A stretch of 43,599 nt of DNA, counting the filler, from Catajapyx aquilonaris (taxonomy: Eukaryota), in assembly GCA_000934665.2 (NCBI GenBank). It is 2 parts of 2 records of this genome, joined end to end, with 100 filler letters (N's around TTAATTAATTAA, not from the genome) between each part and the next. Parts side by side here need not be neighbours in the genome. Positions count along the whole stretch, not along the records: positions 1 to 21,742 come from JYFJ02005986.1; positions 21,843 to 43,599 come from KZ539451.1. One strand, written 5' to 3'. A program made the position numbers and the translations under genes. The notes beneath the pieces are model-generated. The model saw nothing but the letters and a program-made list of their open reading frames with translations, was not told the origin of the DNA and made no database searches. Positions 11,831-24,748 of the stretch are shown piece by piece. Each line of letters begins with the position of its first letter. Positions within the stretch are counted from its first letter, which is position 1.

Positions 11831-13034
11831 CAATTTGATGGTGTTGCCTGATGAAGGTTGCGGATACTTTCAAATCCCGATTTAACTATGCATTCGGTAA
11901 CAATCTTTCTCAAATAAAGGCTTACTCTTTTAATACATATTATTTGTTTCATATACGCAAGGCAGTCATCTGGTAACCCTTTCCGGATCATAGTGGAGAC
12001 CATGATCTTAGAATACTCAGGTCTAGACACTCCCACCTACCCCCTGCCGGGGCATTTTGCATGAGGTGCTCACCTGAGAGCGCCATGGCGGCCATGTTGG
12101 GTCCCCCAATGTAGCGCTTCCCTTTTGTACCTATAAAGTTCAGCGTAGTCCGATAGGGTCGCCACATAATTCAGTAGTGAAAAGCTGTCTATGGCGCTCT
12201 CAGGTGAGCACCCCATGCAAAACGCCCCGGCAGGTGATAAGATAAGAGTGTAGGGGTAGTGTCCGTGGGCTGGTGGAGACCGTACGCGTTGGATGACCTT
12301 CATTATGGAAGATCTAGATTAGTATTTTAGATTTACTTGATCTTCAGCTCGTGGTGGCGAAGTATTATAACCGTGGGGCTTGTTTTTCTTTCTTGTTTAC
12401 TTAAGATTAAAAATGACTAAGTTAGTTGTCATCATCATCTTCTTCTTCTTCACGGCGTTTCCCAAACAGATATGGGGTTGCCAGCGGATATCGAGGAGGA
12501 GGTCCTCATTATCCTCGTATGACCAATTGCACATACAAAAAAAAATCTGAAGCCTGGTCCGATACTCGCAGATAATAACATGCTAATAATAAAAAAATAG
12601 GGGGCTAGTTGTCGGTGGGTTAAAATCAGACACGAGTTCTGTTGTATTTCAAGGATGTGTTTAGAGAGCGAGCAATGCACGAGAGAATTCGCGTTAAAAG
12701 TTTGAACAGAGGCATTTCAACATATTTCAACAGAGACAAATCGTCTCTGCGTGTCTTGGATTCTCTACTTTTCCGCCGTGTGACAAGCAGGCTGTCCAAT
12801 AGATAAATTTGTTGTACAACAAAAGTTTTCGCTTCGCCTTGGTTTGAGCTCAACCACCCGCTGACTCTTAACAGCAACCGTATACTATGGGACAGCACTT
12901 AATATACAGAGTGGAATAAAAGTCAGCTCAGATCTGTATCAGTGGATTTTGCCGATTTGGGCCTCTGTGGCCTCCCCTTCAAAATAATGTGGGACTGAGT
13001 TACCTATGTCGTTGGAAAATTTACTTTTAATTCG

Positions 13035-13385
13035 GGGCCTCTCCACGAAACGCTTGGAGCGGGAACGACCAGAGACATGGGAGTCGCCCACGTACAGACA
13101 ATTTGGTACAATAGGTGGAAGTGGGCTCACGATGTCGTTGATACCCACGGCAAAGAGGGTGACACTAAGGACCTCCCTTGCGGGACATCCTCTACCAACA
13201 CGCGAGGGGTAGACATAGTGGCATCGACACGGTCTCTGGAAGGACCTATTCCGAAGGAAGTTTGAGATAAAAACTGACAGGGCCTGGAGGATACCAAATC
13301 TTGTCATGTAATATGACCATTCAAGGTCAGCAAAGACTGATACGAGATAGATGCTCATTCTGGAGGAAGGCAACCCGTAGCGCAG
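13035..13385 (-). pseudogene. Decayed I-clade (I/Nimb-like) LINE reverse transcriptase fragment
   Basis: LVSVFADLE..Y..TRFGILQAL, FISNFLRNRSF, VLSVTLFAVGINDIV..LP....CLYVGD match RT motifs (FFDLEKAYD, PQGSVLS, LYVDD) with frameshifts. Confidence 0.8.
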
Positions 13386-13949
13386 ACTCAAGGCCGTGTG
13401 TTCATAAGTTAGCTCACATCCGTATAGGTAAAAAATAAATAAAATAAAGTAATAATAATAATAATTCGCGGACGTTCATTTCCACTCGCCTCCGTGACCT
13501 CACCTGCAGGTTTTGAATGGAATAATATACCATTTAAAAACCCATTAAATGAGTTTTTCAACGAAGTCTAACTCACGGACAAAATGAGTCGACAGAAGCG
13601 AGTATAGGAATATATTAGAGTTCGCGAGATTTCTGCATATACGGAGGTGAGCTAACTGATGGAACACGCGGTATAACTCGAGCACACTGGAAATGGTGGG
13701 AAGGAATGATGAAGTGAGGGGTGTAGTGGAAAAAGGTGATAACCCCCATTTTTGTCATTTTTTACCTAAACACCTGGCAACTATGTAAAAGTCATGACAA
13801 ACAGTTTGGTATAGCCTACTCCAAGATCACGTATTATGCACGAGACAGCCACACGGATTAGATCAAAACCCGCATTCCCTATATGATTTGTGAAGAGAAT
13901 GCTAACTTCAATTCGTTCTCCTGAAAAATTACACTTTTGGGGGTTATTT

Positions 13950-14125
13950 TCCACCACACCCCTCAACCTCAAGTAAGCGTAAGTTATGTGAGATTTCCAC
14001 CAATACGGATATAACCTTATTCTTATTCCTCGTGGTTCTGGTGTGACTTTTAAAGCCTGGAACTTCTGCTCATTAAATTGCATTAGATTGCACCAAGCTT
14101 CAAAATTAGCCAGGTATGCTCTACA
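13950..14125 (-). pseudogene. Possible CR1/L2-like LINE RT remnant
   Basis: EAWCNLMQFNEQKFQALKVT resembles the post-YADD W..W.M.FN..KC motif. Confidence 0.3.
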
Positions 14126-15715
14126 GTACTGTACGTGAAAATTATTCATAATGTATGACTCAGATTTCATTTACAAAATTAGATCTGCGCTAACTGCGAC
14201 CTTTTTAAATACTTTATTGGTATGCGTATAGTATCCTTGAATAGTTATTATAACTGCGTGTATTTTAGCAAGTGGATTAAAAATTAAACATTCTTACTTT
14301 TTTTTGTTTGTGAAGAAATTATTTAAAGTTTAGCTAAACATGCACACCTACGATTTTATCGGCATGTAAACTGCGTAGAAATATCTTGTCGGAACTGACA
14401 AAAAACCGATGATAAACGCTGCGGAAAAGATAGAATTGGCAAGAGGAAACTGCGGGGCGACCTTTCCGTCCATGTCGGTTAAGGGGGATACTGGCAGACA
14501 TCGATCGAGACTCCGCAAAATAAAAGACTGGCCACACCCAGCTTCATTTCAATTTTATATTCGGAATGTTTCTGACAATGCTATTTCCTGTTTGCTCTTC
14601 ATCCTGCCTCATGATGCTCACCTGATATGACGATTCTGATTCAAATCTCTTCCTTATTATTGTCTCTCTGCACGTGTCGATTTCATATTCACAATCATTT
14701 ATTTTCTACATTCTGAGCATGAAATGGCACATTATTTTCAGGATGTTACTTTCATCTTCTACAGCGAGGTGTTTGGTGCACCTGCATGATATGTTGTTAA
14801 TAATGATGAATATCACACCCTTCCCTGATGAAAAATGTGAATACTGTATGTATATTTTATGCTTTTAAATGTAAGCGAGGTATTTATTCACTCGCAATAT
14901 TGAGTTCACTATTGGGACCTATTGGGACGTATTACTGTATTCTTAAATATGGCATTTCTGAGTTGAATCTGAAATGGTCGTGAAAGTGAGACAAAGCTTC
15001 CTAGGGCAGGGGAAAACAACGTCGTACGTCCTTCTCTGGTTGTCGACTAGGTAAATCTCTCAAGTCGTTAAATAACAGTTTCTGAAGTCTGTTCCTTATT
15101 TTTTTGACCTGATTTTACACTGTCATATTCCTTCTTATTATACATCACATAGACTGCATAGGTCCACGTGAGATTGCTGAGGAACCTGTCGCAGTGAGAG
15201 ATTGACTACTACTAGGCGACGGAGGGAGCACAGGCCATTACGAAACGGCATGATCCACACCGAGACCGAAGTGGGGTTGTTTTTCGTCCATCCGTCTCGG
15301 GTTGCCATTTTCGCTGCCTGTCCTCCACCCTACCTATTAGGCTATAATTATTTTGTAACATGACTATACCGGTGTGGATAAATGCGCATGAATGTCATCA
15401 AGGGCACAGAAAGACCCACAAGGTATGCAATACTCAAATTCGACACCGGAACCTCCGTCTTTGGTTATCGAAAAAGAGATGGCTTGCGAAAGAACTATTT
15501 TTGATTCCAAATCTATTTGTAAATGAACACGCTTCAATTCTATACCAAAATAATAGCTGGTTCTTTCTACGGGAAAAGGTCGATCTAAGTACTCGAAGGA
15601 CTTGCAAGTGATGAATGTGTTAAGGGGGGTAAAGGGTAAGGGTGGCAAGAACAAAGGGGAACTTGGGCAGGCTGGGCGCCCTTGGAGGGAACTGGTGTAG
15701 GGAGGGGCTCGGGTG

Positions 15716-15788
15716 GAGAGAGAGAGAGAGAGGGAGGGAGAGAGGGAGAGAGAGAGGGAGAGAGAGAGGGAGAGAGAGAGGGAGAGAA
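15716..15788 (+). repeat. (GA)n/GGGA polypurine microsatellite
   Basis: Direct reading. Confidence 0.95.
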
Positions 15789-16191
15789 GCAGGGGGCTCG
15801 GGGAGGTGAATTAGAAGCAAGCAGTGACACCAACGATTGGGCGGCGGCCGCGCTCAATAATAAGCTAGGCCTGGTTTACTTCCAACTCCTGTTCCCGGGC
15901 TGGGACTAGGAGTACCGCACTCTCTAAACACGTGCTAACCACGATGGCCTCCCTTTTGGGACCAGGAAAAGTATTGCGAATGCCTTAACTTATTTTAATA
16001 CAATGGTCATAAGCTTAACTCTCGTCAGTGATAGCATAATAAATTAATAATAATAAAGCCCTGTGCTGTGTACCAGGTAACAAAATGTCATCAGGTGTCG
16101 AGTAAGCCTACTTGTAATTATGGATTCAAAACCTGATGCACATTCCATTCGCTTATTTAATTCATACGGTATTTCAACTTTACAGCATATG

Positions 16192-16537
16192 GAGAGACGA
16201 AGCGCTGCGGTAGCGTACTAGCCCACGGATGTTAAGGTCCCGGGGGTTCGAACCCAACCCGGGGTTACCCCCTTCATCACGTGCAGAGTTCTTGGGTCGT
16301 CTCTGGCTTCGTTTCGGGTGGTATTTCCAACAGACTAAACCACCCAGGGGAGATTACAAAATGACCTTAGTAATCGATGCACTGCGCCTTGCACATCCCC
16401 TCCCAGTCCCCTTGCCCGTAGGCCGGGGCGCTTCTAACATGGTCTAAGTTTCTATCGGACTTTAATCGATAGCGTATAGGAGCAATGGCTCTCTCCGAGT
16501 ACCCCGTAAGGGGTGGCAAGCGGTAATACAAAAAAAA
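16192..16537 (+). mobile_element. SINE family D, copy 1 (poly-A tail)
   Basis: tRNA-like head with ggttcgaaccc; 16-bp TSD aactttacagcatatg at 16176-16191 / 16538-16553; body homologous to 34868-35228. Confidence 0.88.
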
Positions 16538-17324
16538 AACTTTACAGCATATGCTTACCTATTATTCTCCCATATTGTCTACACTTACTTTATATTGCTT
16601 TATTATGTTTAACTATACATCCAATATCCCGTCTTATTTTAAATGACCGCGACCGGATTGAATCTACTGGTACTCGTTAATTCGACTGTAATATTTGTCA
16701 TCTTGGTGCGTCATCTGAAACTCAAAGGGTCGCTGTATTATTTTCATGTGACATTAATTTTTATCCATTACAATAATAATAATTAAGTACAGTGACTGTA
16801 CTTCATTAGAATATATAAAATGTTGTACAAGTATTCCCCCACATCTACTGTTTTGTTATCCACAGTTTGAAATGTAAAATAAAAATATTTAAATGAAAAA
16901 TCCAACACGATATTTTGACACAGTAGGCCTACTGAAAAATGACTGTTTTATTTTGTTAATTGTTTTTGTTGATGTATTAATGTATGATTTTAAAATTCAA
17001 CAATGTCGTATGTACTACAGTGTACTGTACATGTATGTATGTTTAAAATATATAGCTAGGCTATTAGGCCTACTCGTATACTGTATGTAGGGTTCAGTAT
17101 TATCTGCGCCGGGGCTTTGGAACCTTACACCCCGCGGATACGGGAGCAATACTACTTGTATTTTTATACCGTACTTCAAATGTAATAGATAAAAACATGT
17201 GAGTAAAAAAACGTAACAAAAATTTCAGTGGTACCTTACTCCATCCTTTGACATTTTTGGCTAACTTAACCATTTCCTTTTACATTATCACCTACCCGAC
17301 CTACCCGACCTATACCCGACACCT

Positions 17325-17560
17325 ACGCAGCATGTGCTTCACGGTGAAAGAGGTCGAGTTGCACCATTCAGACAGTAGTGGAGGCATATGCGGCCATATC
17401 ACACTGTGCACACTACTCAGGCACTTGTGCACCTTCCGACTGACCCGATTCGGCAATTCTTCTTTGAACCTGGTGTTTCACGCATTGGGAGATGTGCCAG
17501 GATCAGGTTCTGAAGACTACGGAGACGATTGAGATCATCCAAAGCACTTAGTCGTTGATG
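17325..17560 (-). pseudogene. Possible piggyBac transposase C-terminal Cys-rich domain remnant
   Basis: HLP...KKNCRI...CT.CD..CL...FH pattern across frameshifts; TTAA|CC at ~17266 could be the terminus. Confidence 0.35.
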
Positions 17561-19954
17561 AATATGGTGCCGTGGTGTCGCTGCTTTCTTGCCGTAAAAC
17601 TGTTCTGGTCCACTGCCGCAGTCCACTGGTCCGTGCCGTAAACTACAAGTAGGTGCATATCCGCCGTCCCCCCAGTAACACGTAGCATCGTATTATGTGT
17701 ACTCGGCGGACACCACTATCACAACTTTAAAGCTGTGTCTCATAATTACCGAAAGTTGAACGTTTCTCGCGGTTGGGCGAGAAAGAACTGTCAAGTGCAT
17801 ATCACATCTGATTGATATGCAGTAAATGCTGATCAGTGATCCAGAATTGGCGTCCTTACCAAGACGTAGACAGGCGTGACTTTTCAAATGGTGGGATGCA
17901 AACCTTTAACGACATGTTATACTACATGATAGAGACCCCTATCTCGGTAACTAAGCTGCGGACACCCATGACACCTATACTAAAAGTGTGTAATTCTGTA
18001 ATTTTGTTCGGCTTATCTACGTATGCCGGAGCTTCGTATCATACATAGAAACTAAAACTACTGTACGTAAGTCGGTTTCCTTCTGTATTTTCTCCAGTAT
18101 GCACCATCGCATGCCAGTGCACCTGTGAAGCCCGCGAAGGACATTTTCGACATCTTCTTTAATGAGGATTACTTCTCATAAAGTAAGGCATCATATTCTA
18201 GACGACTCTGGAGCATCATTTATGGGATTGCTCACCGGAGCAACCCAGTATTAATTTGAAGTTGATATCATTAGATACATTATTAGGCAGCAGCGTCGTC
18301 ATACAATAAAAGTGTCGAAGGCTGTCCCAACGCAAAATGATATGGTGTTTTGCACTTTTTAGATAAAGCTCTTCACATCAATAACGAGGTTGCAAATACC
18401 AAATGACAGACCTCCATAAAATAATCGCCTGGTGCCCAATTATATCTCACCTTATAGAAATGTGTCTGAAACATAACGAAACCCTGAGGTGATGTTGAGA
18501 TTTTTCGTCAGTCAAAGCGCGCACTACGTTAATAATAATATAACTGTCCGTAAGTTTGCCAGACCAAGCCTTAAGACCAGAAGCTATTTTCTGTAACGTA
18601 CTACTGTATTGGTTTATTAAATACGTATAACAAGCTTAATAATTGTGGTGTGGCGGAAGCATTATGAAACATACTCCATGGTTACTATAAGTTAATACGT
18701 AATTCATGGCGTGCAAAAACTGTCAAAATGTAAATATTGAAAGTGACATTTATAATACAAAATAATGTAGTCTTTTTATTCTAAATAGACCAACAAATAG
18801 TTATGACCATCCTCTACGAAAGTAATTCGGTGCAGTCAATAGCAATGTATCCATAGCCTCTAAATCTTTTTGCAATTTGAGAGCTCAACTTGTAAAGAAG
18901 AGTTCTGCAGGATCAGAGCTCATTTAAGCGGGCAGTTCCTTCTGAGAAGGAACTGTCCGCTTATTAGCTCTAATGAGAGCTTCATGAAAATTAGTGTATG
19001 AAAGACCCGAATGGACCAACATTATGATAATCTAGTTCATAAGCGTGCTTACAGGAGAGGGAAAAACCGTGACCACGTGCTGATTGTGTAAGTTTTGCGA
19101 TGCCGTAAATGAATGAATATCTGGGGTAAGGCCATAAAACTTTCCTACTCTTCTCATTTCAGAGGTAATTGTGAGTAGGTTTTCCCCCAAGCAAACATTT
19201 ACCTTCCATTGTTTTTTGAAAGCAGAATATAACTTGCATGCTTTAAAGTGTAACTTATGTATTTGATCGTGGAGCACTGTACATATTGACCGGTCTTCCG
19301 AAATTGGGTCGATGATCTTTTACTGGACGAAGGACACCTAACCTGCAGGGAAAGAAAATACAAAGTTAGAGTTCAATCACCTGAATGAACATTTATAGGA
19401 TTCAAACTGCAATAGGGGTTCACATAAAGCACGACTCCTAGAAATTATTATTTGCTGAAATTTGCAAGTTTCGGTATATAGTAGATATGGGCCAGTGTCC
19501 GCCACAGTTTTCTGGCTCAAGAAATGCTTCTGAAGATATGTGACCAAAGTGGGGCGCGGGACCTTTTGCCCTCCATTTGTGAGTCGCGGTCCAAGACGTT
19601 ATGAAGACATTTCGAAACTATCGTATGTACTTGACAATGCCACTAGATGAATATGACTAAAGAGATATTTTACACCAATTTCTATGTACTTAGGTCTTCC
19701 TAAGGAGAGTACAATATTATTATTATGTATGTGTAAGAAAGAGCCCTCCAATATTACTACTCATTCGGGACTTTCCGTGTAGAAATTTTTATAGACCACA
19801 GCTAATGTTTACGACGTTTTTCACCTTTCGTCTAGAACCCTATTGTTTCAACATTATTTTTAAAGTCAAGAGGCCCTTTCTGGGCTACGGTAATACTGTA
19901 CAATGGTTACATATTATGATCTTGCAATTTTACACAGCTTGATCAAATTAAAAC

Positions 19955-20215
19955 GATAATATCGTCGTTAATCTGACAAAAGGACGAATTCGACATTTTT
20001 GCGAAAATCGGATTGTGGCCTCTGCCAGCACCGTCAAGTGTTGGGTCACATTCTGACAAAACGGAGGACACATGGGACAAGTGACGTCAGAGTTAGAACG
20101 GAAAATAAACAGGTCATCCCATGTATTTGTATAGCGGTTTTCAGGTTCCTTTTGGCTCTCATGTAAAATTAAGATAATTTTGAATTCGTCCTTTTGCCAT
20201 ATTAACGACGTATTG
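19955..20215. mobile_element. MITE
   Basis: cgtcgttaatctgacaaaaggacgaattc versus gaattcgtccttttgccatattaacgacg. Confidence 0.65.
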
Positions 20216-20552
20216 TACCATAAAAGTTTTATAAATCATTTGGGATGCAGCTTCATAAAATTATGAACATTTGAGGACTCGCTTGGTACCACTTGGTACT
20301 CATAACTTCATGCAGTTTTTCGATAAATAGAGGGGGAATATGTCACCAGACGTGTAAAGACGGCGGGCGCCTTCAGAAATGCTCCAAGGAGAAGCTCGTA
20401 TCAACCATATAAAAGTCAGTGTATTTACATTGTTTTCATCTTACAGTTTGGCATGCTTTCGAGAGGAACTGTTGCTGATTTGTATGCCACTCATAACTTC
20501 AGGGAGTTTGTCCATAAGTATTAGTGTGAGCCGGACAAAATTTTGTTTAAAG

Positions 20553-20587
20553 ATGGCAGCCCTCCCTTCAGACATTCAGCAAGGAGA
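20553..20587 (+). CDS. Tentative first coding exon of the unknown plus-strand gene (MAALPSDIQQG+GA)
   Basis: aagATGGcagc start context. The phase-2 end fits the next exon. The donor (GTaaaa) is weak and the exon lies across the artificial spacer at 21743-21842. An in-frame acceptor at 20445-20446 could instead make it an internal exon (20447-20587). Confidence 0.4.
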
Positions 20588-21009
20588 GTAAAAGCGTATT
20601 CATTCTGTTTTGTGCACAGAAGGAACAGAAACAATCTGTGACGAATACTGGCCAGTTCTGGCCACCTCTGCTCCAGTTCTGACCATGCCATGCACCGGTT
20701 CTGGCCACCCCCCCCCCCCAAAAAAAAAAAAAACAACCCCCTGTTAGTTGATTCCCAAACTGACAAATTAACGCCATCGTCACCTGTTGTGACATTTGTC
20801 ACATGATTTTTATCGACAATGTTGCTACTGCCACTGTTTTCAGGCACTAATTTGTGACTTCTTAGGATTGAGTTCAAATGCTCTTTCGTTGGTATTGTGC
20901 AAGGGTCATTCGAATGAAAACGAGCCAAGGTCATACCAAACTTCCCAGTGGGTTTCTCATGGCATCTTACACACAAGACGAAGACGGTACTGCTGTAGTG
21001 TATTATAAC

Positions 21010-21641
21010 TAGAGAACGGATTTCTAGGTTCTAAAAAACCCTCAAATAGGTAGGCATTTAGGCCCTGAAAACAGTCACAATAGGCTCTTAAATAGGCTTT
21101 ATAAATCAGGCTGGTTCTAATTTATTTTAATTTCTACACAATGGAATTTTGCAGCACAGTAACAAACTAGCAGTTATTCCATATTTTCGGTGGTTAATCG
21201 CAGCTTTACGGCGACAGTTAAGATCCTGCCCCACGGGGAGCCAATATGGCAGATAGAAAAGCCGTCGGGCCGAATGTAGCAGCTTATTTAACTGCTATTA
21301 ATAACAGTTATTTCGAGTCGCAATACCGGTTAACGGCATATTTCCCGGGATCTTACCCATCAACCGCTTCTTCTCTCGTCACAGGTTGAAGTGGGAGGGA
21401 TTCCTTGAATGGAAAACCTGCAGAACTCTCGAAAATCTTACCGAGTGGCGTGAAAAAGGTCGAAATAGGCACTAATAGGTGCTAATAGGCCATTTAGGTC
21501 CCAACACCCGAAATAGGCATTTTAAGCTTCTATAAAACTACGATTTTGAGGTCCTTGTGCTATGAAACGGATAGCTATTTTGGTTCCGGTGTTCTGCCTA
21601 CAAAAGAAAAAGTAGGTAAAAACCTAGAAATCCGTTCTCTA
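21010..21641. mobile_element. hAT-like non-autonomous element (TAGAG termini, AATAGGC subterminal repeats)
   Basis: Perfect TIR tagagaacggatttctaggtt; degenerate 8-bp flanks attataac / gtcatcac; architecture shared with 41497-42266. Confidence 0.75.
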
Positions 21642-21742
21642 GTCATCACTCACTTTATAGAGACAGAGACATTAAATAGGACGTTTGAAATCGTAGATTC
21701 GGTTATGCTGAAGTAAAAAAAGGCGTATTTATTAGTATAATA

Positions 21743-21842
21743 NNNNNNNNNNNNNNNNNNNNNNNNNNNNNNNNNNNNNNNNNNNNTTAATTAATTAANN
21801 NNNNNNNNNNNNNNNNNNNNNNNNNNNNNNNNNNNNNNNNNN
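21743..21842. other. Artificial assembly spacer: 44 N + TTAATTAATTAA + 44 N
   Basis: Exactly 100 nt and symmetric; the 12-mer places stops in all six frames. Confidence 0.92.
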
Positions 21843-21857
21843 GAGAGAGAGAGAGAG

Positions 21858-22116
21858 GCCGTTCCCATGGAAACAGAACATGGGTTTGTACGTTTGTTGA
21901 TACCAAAATGCGCATTATTAGAACAGGATGCCAAACTCCCGATGTCCTTTTTGCCTCCTGTGGCCACGGATGACCTCAGAGGTCAATTTCAATGCGCTAA
22001 GAACCTTCCCGGTAAAAAACTACCCCTAGTGATACCCCTGGGACATATGTGGAGGCCTCCGTATGGATTTGCATAGCGGACAAAAGACAGATATACGTCG
22101 AGAAATATGTATTAGA
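21858..22116 (-). mobile_element. Helitron-like element, 5' part (same family as 8041-8589), cut by the gap
   Basis: Reverse complement begins a|tctaatacatattt and aligns with 8041-8190. Confidence 0.65.
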
Positions 22117-22701
22117 TTTAATATTGAGAGTTTGTTGTCTGAGATGGGAAGGGGGGGGGGTTATATGGGTGGTTTATAGGCTGATTTTTGCCATTTTTAA
22201 TGTAGTTCATATTTTGGGTTAGCTTGTGGCTCATCCCGTCATCGCTGACTACCCCTTATGGGAAATGTCGTGATGGTGTTGTTGTTGTTGTTGTTGTTGT
22301 TTGGATTAGCTTATAGAACTGGTTTATGTGAATTTTCGTAGATAATAAGGCAAACAATAATACTACTGTACAAAAAACCATTTGGCAAAATATAATTGCT
22401 AGTTTACACTTTGCCAAACAACATTACACTGTGCCACATGAAAAACAGGTGTTAAAACGTTCCAAATTAACTTAAAAGGCAAAGATGATAAATTTTTTAG
22501 CCATAATGAAATAGACACAAAAGTGAAGTAGATAGTCCTAATACTAAGGTATACTAGCTTTCGTTTCAGTGCCATTATTAGTTATTGTGTTATTAGGGTA
22601 AGGGGCCCAAATTTCGACACCCTTACCTTGTTTTCCTCTTGTTAGAAAATGGCTGAACTCAACAATGTAAGGAAAATGAATGTTAATACATTGAACATTT
22701 A

Positions 22702-22955
22702 AGGGCAACATGGTGGCTGAGTGGTTAGCGCCACAGCCCTCCACATCTGAGGTCCAGAGTTCGATCCCCGGGTCGTATGGAGGATCCTTATGTGGATAGA
22801 GTTTTGATGGGTTCTCTCTGTGTTCGCGTGGGTTTTCTCGGGGTTCTCCCATTTCCTCCCACAATCAAAATCAATCACAGCGCAGGCAATGATTAAAGTC
22901 GGATATTTAAAAGATGATCCCCTAAGAGGCCCAAGGATGCCTGTCACGGGGTATC

Positions 22956-23034
<79 letters not shown>
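22702..23034 (+). mobile_element. SINE family C: tRNA head + V-SINE-like central domain + shared tail + (ATT)n
   Basis: A box tggctgagtgg, B box gttcgatccc; gttctctctgtgttcgcgtgggttttctcggggttctcccatttcctcccaca resembles the V domain. Confidence 0.8.
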
Positions 23035-23036
<2 letters not shown>

Positions 23037-23076
23037 GCATAATTTGGTCAATGAAATTGGATTCTTCACATTCCAG

Positions 23077-23296
23077 TTTATGTTACAGGCCAATATGTAA
23101 AAATGACCCATCTTTTAAGATATGTGATGATGATCTTTATTTATTAGGTCAACTAAAGACGATGCTCAAAATGGTCCAGACAACCAGTCAAGTTGGTAAG
23201 AAACCAAATTGTCGATGGTATGATATCCCTAATGAAGTTCTGTGCGACATTGATGACAAAGTCAGTGCCACCTTCCCTGGGGACTTATTAACTACG
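23077..23296 (+). CDS. Unknown gene, exon 2 (LCYRPICKNDPSF...FPGDLLTT)
   Basis: ttccAG acceptor (alternative in-frame acceptor gives start 23089), open frame, GTatgt donor, phase 0. Confidence 0.75.
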
Positions 23297-23359
23297 GTAT
23301 GTGGCAGAAATTATCACCACCACATTAGTATTATTTACACATGTTCATCACCTTTACAG

Positions 23360-23425
23360 AAGCCTGGCTTTCATCGAATTGACATTAAAGAAGCAAGTAA
23401 AAAGAAGGAAATTTCTGTGCTCCTG
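23360..23425 (+). CDS. Unknown gene, exon 3 (KPGFHRIDIKEASKKKEISVLL)
   Basis: cctttacAG / GTgagt, 66 nt, phase 0-0. Confidence 0.8.
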
Positions 23426-23666
23426 GTGAGTCTCACTATTTGCTATACCAATTAAATGGGTGTAAAATTGATTAAATCATTGCTTGTCTTTAAGACTACC
23501 AAGTTATTTGAATGGGACACACCAAAAGGTACCAAACAAGTCATTATAAAATACAGAGAGGCAATATCTAATGTAGAGGAGAATCACAAATGTGATTCAG
23601 TGGTAAGGAGGCAGATGAATTTTACAATGAATGCACTATACATGTATGGTCTCTGAAATTTCGCAG

Positions 23667-23762
23667 ATTTCGGACACCAACAAGAACATCAGTCTAGCCA
23701 CTTGTGAAAGCTTGAGTGAATTCAGTGATGATATATACACTTGGAGTGTGACATCCTTTACA
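23667..23762 (+). CDS. Unknown gene, exon 4 (ISDTNKNISLATCESLSEFSDDIYTWSVTSFT)
   Basis: tttcgcAG / GTatgt, 96 nt, phase 0-0, open. Confidence 0.8.
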
Positions 23763-23833
23763 GTATGTCATAATTGGTCCTAATTTATTGTTTTTAAGAT
23801 TGAGGTCATAATTTCTGATGTTTTCTTGAACAG

Positions 23834-23897
23834 CTGTCAGCTGGTGGAACAGTTGCCGAAATGGGTCTCATGAGGAGCTATAACCTTGTTTCCTCAG
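23834..23897 (+). CDS. Unknown gene, exon 5 (LSAGGTVAEMGLMRSYNLVSS)
   Basis: ttttcttgaacAG / GTgagt, 64 nt, phase 0-1. Confidence 0.8.
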
Positions 23898-24476
23898 GTG
23901 AGTCAACAAACATTGTTATCAAGCATGATCATATTTTATGGATGGTATTATGCACACCGTTAGGTCTAAGAAGTGACTCTGGAAATGGCGATGGGATGTG
24001 TCCTGACCGTTTTAAACTATCAACGTTGGAAGCAACATGTAAGATATGCATTGTGTGTAAGGCTGTGAGGCAAAAGAGCAATAGTTGGTCTATTTACTCA
24101 AATGTAATTATTCAACATGTGTAACACCCTTTGATATGAAGAATAATACACAGTATTATTTTATTGTACAATGTTGTAATAAGTTATGTCATGCTTGAAT
24201 GAGTCTTATTCCTTTATGTACTCATACAAACTATTATTAAAATATGGCATGATGAACCACCTGGTCCCACCAGGGTACATTTTTAAGTATCTTTCCTCTA
24301 AAATATAAAGATGAATTGATGATGATAATAATGATGGTGATGATGGTTGTTTTAGTTGTTGTTATTCTTATTCTTATTATTCAGAAATATTTTCATGTCA
24401 TTTGTAGCCTTTAGGCTACCCTCTCATAATTTTCTATAGCCTATGAGAATCCCAATCTATCTCACTATTTCTGCAG

Positions 24477-24611
24477 TGCCCACAGCTACGGAGAGCAGAA
24501 AGGCCAGAACAGTAGCCTGGATCTATTTCTCTAGTGTACCAGTTTTTCCTGGGTTCAGGAAATTGAAACATGAACATGCCATCTCAGCAAGCTCTATGCT
24601 GGTGGAAGAAG
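24477..24611 (+). CDS. Unknown gene, exon 6 (VPTATESRKARTVAWIYFSSVPVFPGFRKLKHEHAISASSMLVEE)
   Basis: tttctgcAG / GTaagg, 135 nt, phase 1-1, open. Confidence 0.8.
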
Positions 24612-24748
24612 GTAAGGTATAACAACTACACTCTCCAGCCAAAAATAAAAATCTGTTAAGTATGTTGTCGATAATGTATTTTTATAACAATGATTTACAG
24701 AACCAAGCAAAGTGAGTCAAGCTGAAAATGTTCTCTTCGATTTTTCAG

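Noticed and set aside
15585..15909. Pro/Ser- and Glu/Arg/Gly-repeat ORFs
   Set aside because: Translations of the GA microsatellite.
18925..18963. Short palindrome taagcgggcagttccttct-g-agaaggaactgtccgctta
   Set aside because: Probably the centre of a decayed MITE; boundaries could not be defined.
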